DNA from: Ptychomitrium polyphyllum
Taxonomy: Eukaryota
Assembly: GCA_973851085.1 (NCBI GenBank)
Contig: OZ316775.1
Span: forward strand, 23,126,001 to 23,186,400
DNA length: 60,400 nt
Direction: 5' to 3'
Shown here: piece after piece, positions 42,978-53,516 of the stretch
Position numbering within the stretch: the first letter of the stretch is position 1
Layout of the letters: each line of letters opens with the position of its first letter
Made by a program: the position numbers and the translations under genes
The notes under the pieces: model-generated
Seen by the model: only the letters and a program-made list of their open reading frames with translations
The model's database searches: none
What the model was told of the DNA's origin: nothing

Positions 42978-44090
42978 TGTTACTACAAGGAATGAATTCC
43001 ATGGCCTCCTTAAAGACCTTAGAATTTCCAATTTGTGTAAAGGCCTTTAATTTAAAGGATGCATGATTTAGGCATTTTTTTGAGGAACCACCTATCACAA
43101 ATATATATATTAGAAGCATTAAGAAAGGTTCTTAGAAAATTTAAGAAGCTTCTAAGAAAGTTATTTCGGCTTAGGAAGCTTCCAAAGAAATTACATTGGT
43201 TCAAAAAGTTTCCAAGGAAGTTACTTTGGCTTAAGAAGTCTCCATGGAAGTTACTTTGGCTTAAGAAGCTTTTAAGGAAGCAATTCAAGGTTGCTTGAGT
43301 ATGATGTAATGCAATAGAAGCTTCCTAAGAAGCTTCTAAGGCTTGTAGTTTTAGATTATATAAGAAATCAAGGCTATAGGAATCTCTAGTCTTAACAATG
43401 CATCTCTTGTGATCTAGCTTAGATTTTTTGACCTTGTCTATGTACCTTGTTATAACTCTTTACTTCTATTATACTTGCACATATCTTGTTTTACATCCTG
43501 GAATCTTGAAGCCTTATCTTGTAGTTACTCTATTTGTAACAGTTTCTCAAAACTGTCATACAACAATACCAAAGCTTGGTCCTTTTTGATAGAGAACAGA
43601 TCACCCCTCTTCTTGAAAGCACTATAGCACTCTAGAAGTTGCGGATTACCCTCCTCTAGGCTGATATTGCCTCTTGAATTTTCTTTGGTTTTTTGTATAT
43701 TTAGTAATTTTTATCTGTTTCCATTTCATTTTTATGCCAAGAGGTAAAGATGTTAATACTGATTCAAAAGAAGCTAAGTTAAATTCCATTATTAATGCCT
43801 TTGAAGCATTGAGGATCAACATCGAGACTTTATCTAAGCAAAACAAAGAATTACACTTGACCATATATAATGGTCAAGGAGCAGAAGCACCGCAATTGTT
43901 ATTCCAAGTTAACTTATGTGCTTCATCATCTAGACTTGATTTTGTAGAAGATAGACAAGTTCAAGCCGAGAATTCAATGTCAACAGCCAAAGAATCAAGA
44001 ATCAGTGTTTTGAAGAAATTTGACAATATACATTCAAAATTTCAAGGCTTTATAAACCAAGTTCAATTTATTACTTTTATTTCAATCTTG
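42978..44090 (+). mobile_element. Truncated gypsy element: one LTR (about 42978-43541) plus the start of gag
   Basis: TG...CA-bounded segment with 30-bp internal repeats and a TATA box like the other LTRs, followed by gag-like KESRISVLKKFDNIHSKFQGFINQV. Confidence 0.7.
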
Positions 44091-46547
44091 ACAGTACCCT
44101 ACAAATTCCTTACATTGTTGTAATGCTATTAATAATTTGATTTAAAATGTAGCAAATTTTTGTTATTTTGTAAATTTTAGTTTATTGTATTTAAAAGGGA
44201 ATTTTAGCACAAGAGAAATGAAGGTTGAATGAAAGGGATCATGGTAAAACCATGGTTTTATTTAGCTTGGAGGTGGAATTGCATCTTGTTTTAGTTTAAG
44301 GTGAGAGGGACCTTTTGATTGTAGTGCTTTTTTGCATGCTTTTCTTATTAGCAGTATTAAGTCACTCGCTACCATTCTACTTAATGAATTCAATAGGAAT
44401 CCAGCTCGGATTGATTTAACAGCTCAAACTTATCCAGTCAACTAAATTCTTGACTTAATGTTTGATTTTGTCTTGACAATCTCTTTATTCTTATTTTGTT
44501 TAACTCCAATTCTTTATTTGTTTTTATTTTAGTTCATTTTCTTATTTTGGATTTATAAAAGTTGGCTTTGTTTTTTTTTTGGAATTTGAATCTAAAAATT
44601 TCTTTCAAAAGAAAGAAAAGATTTACAATATTCTTTTTGATGATGTAGGAAGATAAGAAGCTAAAATAGGAGGATAAGAAGCTGATGTGGAAGTTTGACT
44701 TCCATTTTTTATTTTTATTTTATTGGCATCTTCAACTTAGTATATAAGGCCGTCCTTCTTTGGCCAATATCTAATAGCATACTTTTTAGTTTGAGTTGAA
44801 TTTTGTTTAATTTTTTTTCTTTGATTATAAGCTTTTCAAAATGCCATCACATGCTCCATTTGAAACTAATAAATAACCATGGCTCTAATTTGAATAAAAT
44901 TGATTCAATTGCCTTAAGTTTTAAGAGGAGCTGCTTTGAGTGCTTATAAGTTCTTATAGAAATGATTGTTTTTATGAAAAAATTTAAATGGTATCATCTT
45001 AATTACTTCAATACAAATAATGTAAAAATTTGAAAAACAAAAGGCTTATATGATGAGACATATGAGGTATTTGATGAATAATATACAACAGAGATTGAGT
45101 TGTACTTTTTAGGCTATAGGAGTTGAATGGACAAATTTATAAGGCTGATATTTTGGAAAATATTATTAATAAGATAAAAAAAATGAATATAAAAGTTCAT
45201 ATCTAAATTCACAATAAAAAAAGAGTTATGAGGTGTTCAAGAAGAAGGGGTCTACAAGTTACGGCAGTGGTTTCTCAATTATGATCTGAATTCTTCAACT
45301 TGGATATATTTGTACCCTAAATTTGTTGTAACCTTCAAAAGCTTATAAAATATGCTTCAATGACTCTGTGAGCTGTAGAATCAGTTCATTATAGATTTTT
45401 TTTTTAAATCATGATAAAATTTAACATTGTAGAAGAGATTAGGTCTAATTAGGGTAAAAGAAGTTGAATTATAGTTGTTATTAAAAGAAGTATAAGACAA
45501 GTGGGCAGATGGTCATGGTCCATGACACTTAAGGCCAATGCAAGAATGGAATTATAGAAAGAAAGATGAAATATACAACTTGAATATATTTTTTGCAGAT
45601 TTTAGAGCAGCAACTAAATTTAGAATGATAGTCAAAATTTATAACTGCTGCTAATTTTAGATTTATAGCTATATTTAGCAATTTTAGAGTTAAGAAAAAT
45701 TATTGTTACAATTTGATTAGGAAATTCAAGAATTAGAGGAAGGTATTTAAAGAGTAGTTAGAGTAGTTTAAAGGGGGCTTGGAGGAGCAAGATTTAAAGA
45801 ATTGGAAGTACAAAGAATTGAATTAGTAATATAAAAAGAAAAAGAAATTTCTTAGAAGAAAATCTTAGAAGAAGAGTTTTTGAGAGAATGAGAGAATAGC
45901 AAATAAGTTTAATAGAAGTAGAAAAGAAATAAGTAAGAATTAAGGTTGATGTAGTAGTTTTAGGAAGGAATAGGTGGAGTAAGAGTTAGTAAGTATTTAT
46001 AAGAGTGTAGAAGAGGAGAACAGCTCTAATTTAGTTAGAATTTTGTAGTTTTGTTTTCCATTCTTTCCTTGCAAGCTTGGGGAGAAACGGTACCATGCCA
46101 GCTGGAATGCAAGGCCAACCAGGCTGAGATCTCCGAAGGCGGAACCAGTGGAGTAAAGATTGGTTATGTGAAGATCCATCGCAACTTGTGGAGCTGGAGT
46201 GAAATAGAAAGCAGAAAATGATGGAAGAATCAGCAGCCCTACACTAAATCCACACTATACCAGAGGCAGAAATTGCTTCAAAACGCAAGATTCTCAACTG
46301 CGGAACTGGCAAAGCTGCAAGTACAAGCAAAAGTAATATAGTAGAATTCGGCCATGCGGAGGATCTATTGAGACTTGCGGAGTTGGAATAGAGAACAAAA
46401 AACGGCAAAGGATCCAGCAGTAAGAGAAGTTAAAGGTTTGTTGTAATCTAGTTAGCACAACTTAAGAAACAACAGCCCAAAGAAAAACAACTAGGCCTTG
46501 CTGTCATTTGATTATCACAAAAGAGTAGTCACAAAGCTCACTAAAAG

Positions 46548-46635
46548 TTTAGGGTTTAGGGTTTTAGGATTTAGGGTTTAGGGTTTAGGGTTTAGGGTTT
46601 AGGGTTTAGGGTTTAGGGTTTAGGGTTTAGGGTTA
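46548..46635 (+). repeat. Telomeric tract 1, (TTTAGGG) about 12 units
   Basis: Arabidopsis-type repeat with one TTTTAGGA variant; G-rich strand points towards the window end. Confidence 0.98.
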
Positions 46636-49600
46636 CAAGAGCGTCCTAGAGGTTTTAGGTGTGGCTGGATTCTAAGGTTCTGCGCGACATCTGCACACCA
46701 CGGGATTCGCAATGCCACAAGGATTCCAAAAACCCCAAGCTTTTTTGAAAATTTCAGGTTCTGCAAGAATTAGGGTTTAGGGTTTCGGGCGAGGAATTAC
46801 CCTCGTTCTGACCCTAAATCGGCCCGGGTTCACACACATTCCAAGCACAAGGTTCGAAATTGCAAGTCACCTGTGTAAAGCAAGATCAGATTGACAAGAC
46901 CGTCTACAAATTGAACCCAACTGAGGAGAGCAAAATCAGTTTCACAAGACCGTCCACAAATTGAACCCAACTGAGGAGAGCAAAATCAGTTTCACAAGAC
47001 CGTCCACAAATTGAACCCAACTGAGGAGAGCAAAATCAGTTTCACAAGACCACTGCGGCTATGTCTCAGTCACCCCTGCATAGAGCACAGCACTGCTCCA
47101 CCCGAATGCCACCGGCTTACTGCACTGTCTGGGACCAGGGGCCAGTATCATAGAACGGCCCCATTGTCCACATTAAGCATTGGGCCCGGCGAGTATTCAA
47201 GTAGGGGAGAAATGTGGACCAGAACGGAACCGGCCGTCCTCCAGTGGCGTGAAGACCAGGTCCAAGACGACAGAAATAAAGGGTTCACGGACACCAGCGA
47301 AGAAGCCATAGTTTCTTGTGAAACGGGGACAGAATGCGAGCAATATCCAGGTTGGCCAGTAGTATCTACAGCCCTCATCCCAGGTTCCATCATAGTGCGC
47401 ATGGGCAACCAATTTAGCAAGAATTGAGTTGGAAGAACAAATCTAGAATTTAAACGATCCCAATGGGAAAAGAGCGGTGAGATGGTGAACCTGGGCATTT
47501 TTTCCCGTGAAAGCCGGCCCGTCTTCGTCGCGAAAAGGTCCCAGCTCACGCTCTTCGCGTAATCCCGTCATCGACTGCGTCAATTACGGAATATTTTAGC
47601 GGAGCAGACTCACAGTTGTATCCGTCCTCAGTACTTCGTGCACGCCACCGAGCAGGTCGGAGACACAGGAACCGGGAGAGAATGAGTTCAAAATAAAAAA
47701 TCGTCCAATAACCTGGTCCCCGAGCGAGTGACGCAACTGTCCGCACTTCTGGAATTGGATCAACGAGAACCTAGTTACAACAGAATTACAAAACCAATGA
47801 GCGTCCTGTCGAATGAGCGACCATGAGAACTGGAGAAACGACTCCGTATACAACCATACTAACCCCAACATTGGTGTCGGGTGTCACGTACCTTCTTCCC
47901 TTCGAGACGACGCAGACCAGGATTCGGAAGCATGTCCTCATGCTGCCAAGAGATGAGGGGCGAGGGGGGGTGGGCAAGAAACCGTAGAGGGGACGGAGGA
48001 CGGGACATCGCCAGACCGTAAACCCGGTGCCGCTGCTGGACAGCGGACTGGAATCTCGAGAGCGCAACCCGCAGAAACGTGATACCCCTGGCCTTGTGCA
48101 CACACAGCCCCGGCGGTGCAGAAACGAAGCAGGAGTAAGGTAGTACCACCACCGGTTGCGTCGAAGTCGAGCGCCCCAACCAGGCAGGGCCGGACACAGA
48201 GGTTCACGCAAGCGGGCAGGCAGGCGAAGCGGATAGGCAGGCGAAGGAGGCGAGGGGGCAAGTGCGGAGGGCGTGCGGCGCTCCCAACACCGCACGCTGG
48301 GAGGGGCTGTCACACCCACTCCGTGACGCAACTGCACCACAGTTTTCGGCCGAGCTCCAGTCCACGGGCACTTTTAGGCGGAGCTCCAGTTCACCGGCGG
48401 TGTAGTGGCAGTTCAAGGGCTTTTCCCCTCTTACGCTTGCCACTACGAGTGGTTTTCCTCTTTCTCTTCGCATTGCGAGCGCCCTTCCTCGCACCTTTCA
48501 TACTGCCGGTGGTCGCCCTTTCACTCTCCTACGCTCTGCTGTAAAAATCGGGAGGACCCTGAACCTGGTACGGTCGGAAGGGGTAGGGTCGGAATTGGGT
48601 CTGCAAGGACGGACCGGCTTCCGATACCGGGAGTACTGGTGGGGCCGAAATTGGTCCGGGCTCGCCCCGTACTGGCCGTGACCGTCTCGCACCTACCGGT
48701 TCGTCCAATACCGGAATTGGACCGGGCTGATTCCCCGTAAGAACGGGTGGGACCGCCTAAACCCAATGAATTGGGATTCCTGCGGCCTCGTACCCGTCTC
48801 TTCTCCGATCCCGGTCATCAAAGTGCAACGGGGCATTGCACCGTGGATTAGAGGCTCTCCACGCCAGTTAGGATCTCCGCATGTTGGAGCGTAATCATGG
48901 CGAGCTCTCGGATGGGGACATCCGCCGGCCCGGTGACCGATCCGGCAGGGCTGTGGCATCCCATCCGCGGCGCAAGTCCACCGCAGTTCCAGGCCGAGCT
49001 CCAGTTCACCGGCAGCCTCGGGCGGAGCTTCCGTTGACCGTCGGTGCAGTGGCAGTTCCATGGCATCTTTCTCCCGCTTTTCGCATCGCAAGTGACTGTG
49101 CTTCTGCTCCCCTACGCTCTTCTGTAAGGGTAGGCACCACCGTGTAAGGCACTTGTATATTGTCCTGGGCGGCTCATATCTGCGATGTATTTTCAATTTA
49201 TTTTGCATATATATATTTTCGGTTCATTTTCTCCCAATTCTGTGATGCTGGATCCCTCCGTTACGGCAATCTCCGTGCACATCTGATGGTATCGCATCGC
49301 TCCGTTGGTATCACTCCGTTGGTGTCGGTCGAAGTGTGACGGCTTTACGGTTCTGACTGTGATTTCCATGCTCCGATTTAGGGGGACCGGGGTCGTGCAA
49401 GCGCTCCAGGTGTGGGGGATTTTCGCGTTCTCACCGTGACCCCGCACGTTCCCTGCGTAGTTCTGGTTCACGTTCTGTGCACGTTCAATATATCATCTGC
49501 GAAGGACGGTACCTCGTGGGTCGTACCATCCTCATATGTAGGTCATCCGCATATGTTCCGACAAACAAAAGAATAAGGACGTGGAGCGCTTCGACGTATT

Positions 49601-50086
49601 TCGAATGCATGCCGACAGTATACGCCACATTATCGGAGGAGGTGTGGGACCTGCGATGGGGACCTCCTGATTCCGTGCGGATCGTGACCCACGTTCTTCG
49701 GCGTTCGGAGATCAGGATTCCAGGATGGACGCTGTTGCGAATGTCAGCGGGCGTCCCGGGCGTCAGCCCGGGTTGGGGACCGGATCCACCACCGCCGACC
49801 CACTCCATACAGATATCGACTCCGCGTGCTTCATGATGGATCTCCGTGATCTACACGGCTTGGTCGGAGAGATCGTGCGTCCAGCCAACCGCAGAATCCG
49901 CGTGAAGGATTCCGAATTCTACAGGGAGTGGTTGCACGTCATATCCGACCCGATCGTCGTGAAGGTGGATGCAGGGCTCTCGGATGCGGAGAGGGAGGAC
50001 CAGAAGCGTTCCATCTGCCAGGAATTGCGAAGGGGCCATGGGCTGGCGCTGACTCTCAGCAACCACGACATGGTCCTCGCCAGGAG
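46636..50086. mobile_element. Telomere-embedded GC-rich element, copy 1 (distally truncated)
   Basis: Near-identical to 50228-53878, flanked by telomeric tracts, and ends inside the 517-aa ORF. Confidence 0.85.
46894..47051. repeat. 50-bp tandem repeat, 3 units, in copy 1
   Basis: ACAAGACCGTCCACAAATTGAACCCAACTGAGGAGAGCAAAATCAGTTTC. Confidence 0.95.
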
Positions 50087-50105
50087 TTTAGGGTTTAGGG
50101 TTTAG
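49725..50105 (+). pseudogene. Truncated copy of the 517-aa ORF fused to telomeric repeats
   Basis: First 121 aa match 53517..; the tail LGFRV* is read from TTTAGGG. Confidence 0.9.
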
Positions 50106-50227
50106 GGTTTAGGGTTTTAGGGTTTTAGGGTTTTAGGGTTTTAGGGTTTTAGGGTTTAGGGTTTAGGGTTTAGGGTTTAGGGTTTAGGGTTTAGGGTTTA
50201 GGGTTTAGGGTTTAGGGTTTAGGGTTA
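50087..50227 (+). repeat. Telomeric tract 2, 19 units including five consecutive TTTTAGGG variants
   Basis: 4x TTTAGGG, 5x TTTTAGGG, 10x TTTAGGG, then TTA. Confidence 0.98.
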
Positions 50228-50485
50228 CAAGAGCGTCCTAGAGGTTTTAGGTATGGCTGGATTCTAAGGTTCTGCGCGACATCTGCACACCACGGGATTC
50301 GCAATGCCACAAGGATTCCAAAAACCCCAAGCTTTTTTGAAAATTTCAGGTTCTGCAAGAATTAGGGTTTAGGGTTTCGGGCGATGAATTACCCTCGTTC
50401 TGACCCTAAATCAGCCCGGGTTCACACACATTCCAAGCACAAGGTTCGAAAGTGCAACTCAACTGTGTAAAGCAAGATCAGATTG

Positions 50486-50843
50486 ACAAGACCGTCTACA
50501 AATTGAACCCAACTGAGGAGAGCAAAATCAGTTTCACAAGACCGTCCACAAATTGAACCCAACTGAGGAGAGCAAAATCAGTTTCACAAGACCGTCCACA
50601 AATTGAACCCAACTGAGGAGAGCAAAATCAGTTTCACAAGACCGTCCACAAATTGAACCCAACTGAGGAGAGCAAAATCAGTTTCACAAGACCGTCCACA
50701 AATTGAACCCAACTGAGGAGAGCAAAATCAGTTTCACAAGACCGTCCACAAATTGAACCCAACTGAGGAGAGCAAAATCAGTTTCACAAGACCGTCCACA
50801 AATTGAACCCAACTGAGGAGAGCAAAATCAGTTTCACAAGACC
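50486..50843. repeat. 50-bp tandem repeat, 7 units, in copy 2
   Basis: Same unit as 46894; the copy offset changes from 3592 to 3792 across the array. Confidence 0.95.
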
Positions 50844-53516
50844 ACTGCGGCTATGTCTCAGTCACCCCTGCATAGAGCACAGCACTGCTCCACCCGAATG
50901 CCACCGGCTTACTGCACTGTCTGGGACCAGGGGCCAGTATCATAGAACGGCCCCATTGTCCACATTAAGCATTGGGCCCGGCGAGTATTCAAGTAGGGGA
51001 GAAATGTGGACCAGAACGGAACCGGCCGTCCTCCAGTGGCGTGAAGACCAGGTCCAAGACGACAGAAATAAAGGGTTCACGGACACCAGCGAAGAAGCCA
51101 TAGTTTCTTGTGAAACGGGGACAGAATGCGAGCAATATCCAGGTTGGCCAGTAGTATCTACAGCCCTCATCCCAGGTTCCATCATAGTGCGCATGGGCAA
51201 CCAATTTAGCAAGAATTGAGTTGGAAGAACAAATCTAGAATTTAAACGATCCCAATGGGAAAAGAGCGGTGAGATGGTGAACCTGGGCATTTTTTCCCGT
51301 GAAAGCCGGCCCGTCTTCGTCGCGAAAAGGTTCCAGCTCACGCTCTTCGCGTAATCCCGTCATCGACTGCGTCAATTACGGAATATTTTAGCGGAGCAGA
51401 CTCACAGTTGTATCCGTCCTCAGTACTTCGTGCACGCCACCGAGCAGGTCGGAGACACAGGAACCGGGAGAGAATGAGTTCAAAATAAAAAATCGTCCAA
51501 TAACCTGGTCCCCGAGCGAGTGACGCAACTGTCCGCACTTCTGGAATTGGATCAACGAGAACCTAGTTACAACAGAATTACAAAACCAATGAGCGTCCTG
51601 TCGAATGAGCGACCATGAGAACTGGAGAAACGACTCCGTATACAACCATACTAACCCCAACATTGGTGTCGGGTGTCACGTACCTTCTTCCCTTCGAGAC
51701 GACGCAGACCAGGATTCGGAAGCATGTCCTCATGCTGCCAAGAGATGAGGGGCGAGGGGGGGTGGGCAAGAAACCGTAGAGGGGACGGAGGACGGGACAT
51801 CGCCAGACCGTAAACCCGGTGCCGCTGCTGGACAGCGGACTGGAATCTCGAGAGCGCAACCCGCAGAAACGTGATACCCCTGGCCTTGTGCACACACAGC
51901 CCCGGCGGTGCAGAAACGAAGCAGGAGTAAGGTAGTACCACCACCGGTTGCGTCGAAGTCGAGCGCCCCAACCAGGCAGGGCCGGACACAGAGGTTCACG
52001 CAAGCGGGCAGGCAGGCGAAGCGGATAGGCAGGCGAAGGAGGCGAGGGGGCAAGTGCGGAGGGCGTGCGGCGCTCCCAACACCGCACGCTGGGAGGGGCT
52101 GTCACACCCACTCCGTGACGCAACTGCACCACAGTTTTCGGCCGAGCTCCAGTCCACGGGCACTTTTAGGCGGAGCTCCAGTTCACCGGCGGTGTAGTGG
52201 CAGTTCAAGGGCTTTTCCCCTCTTACGCTTGCCACTACGAGTGGTTTTCCTCTTTCTCTTCGCATTGCGAGCGCCCTTCCTCGCACCTTTCATACTGCCG
52301 GTGGTCGCCCTTTCACTCTCCTACGCTCTGCTGTAAAAATCGGGAGGACCCTGAACCTGGTACGGTCGGAAGGGGTAGGGTCGGAATTGGGTCTGCAAGG
52401 ACGGACCGGCTTCCGATACCGGGAGTACTGGTGGGGCCGAAATTGGTCCGGGCTCGCCCCGTACTGGCCGTGACCGTCTCGCACCTACCGGTTCGTCCAA
52501 TACCGGAATTGGACCGGGCTGATTCCCCGTAAGAACGGGTGGGACCGCCTAAACCCAATGAATTGGGATTCCTGCGGCCTCGTACCCGTCTCTTCTCCGA
52601 TCCCGGTCATCAAAGTGCAACGGGGCATTGCACCGTGGATTAGAGGCTCTCCACGCCAGTTAGGATCTCCGCATGTTGGAGCGTAATCATGGCGAGCTCT
52701 CGGATGGGGACATCCGCCGGCCCGGTGACCGATCCGGCAGGGCTGTGGCATCCCATCCGCGGCGCAAGTCCACCGCAGTTCCAGGCCGAGCTCCAGTTCA
52801 CCGGCAGCCTCGGGCGGAGCTTCCGTTGACCGTCGGTGCAGTGGCAGTTCCATGGCATCTTTCTCCCGCTTTTCGCATCGCAAGTGACTGTGCTTCTGCT
52901 CCCCTACGCTCTTCTGTAAGGGTAGGCACCACCGTGTAAGGCACTTGTATATTGTCCTGGGCGGCTCATATCTGCGATGTATTTTCAATTTATTTTGCAT
53001 ATATATATTTTCGGTTCATTTTCTCCCAATTCTGTGATGCTGGATCCCTCCGTTACGGCAATCTCCGTGCACATCTGATGGTATCGCATCGCTCCGTTGG
53101 TATCACTCCGTTGGTGTCGGTCGAAGTGTGACGGCTTTACGGTTCTGACTGTGATTTCCATGCTCCGATTTAGGGGGACCGGGGTCGTGCAAGCGCTCCA
53201 GGTGTGGGGGATTTTCGCGTTCTCACCGTGACCCCGCACGTTCCCTGCGTAGTTCTGGTTCACGTTCTGTGCACGTTCAATATATCATCTGCGAAGGACG
53301 GTACCTCGTGGGTCGTACCATCCTCATATGTAGGTCATCCGCATATGTTCCGACAAACAAAAGAATAAGGACGTGGAGCGCTTCGACGTATTTCGAATGC
53401 ATGCCGACAGTATACGCCACATTATCGGAGGAGGTGTGGGACCTGCGATGGGGACCTCCTGATTCCGTGCGGATCGTGACCCACGTTCTTCGGCGTTCGG
53501 AGATCAGGATTCCAGG

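Noticed and set aside
43052..43298. K/L-rich repeat ORFs (also 23318-23512)
   Set aside because: They are translations of the 30-bp internal repeats of gypsy LTRs.
44100..46540. Specific transposon or gene call for the DNA just proximal to the first telomeric tract
   Set aside because: It looks like decayed repeat sequence, but no diagnostic motif could be read with confidence.
47786..49471. Numerous overlapping 60-180 aa ORFs on both strands, and their duplicates in copy 2
   Set aside because: Expected by chance in GC-rich DNA. They are low-complexity R/P/G-rich translations overlapping the repeated non-coding modules.
50486..50843. Tandem hammerhead ribozymes, since each 50-bp unit contains CTGAGGA and Penelope-like/Terminon ends carry hammerheads
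   Set aside because: There is no GAAA core after a stem II (the sequence is CAAAA) and no compatible stem I/III with an NUH site on either strand.
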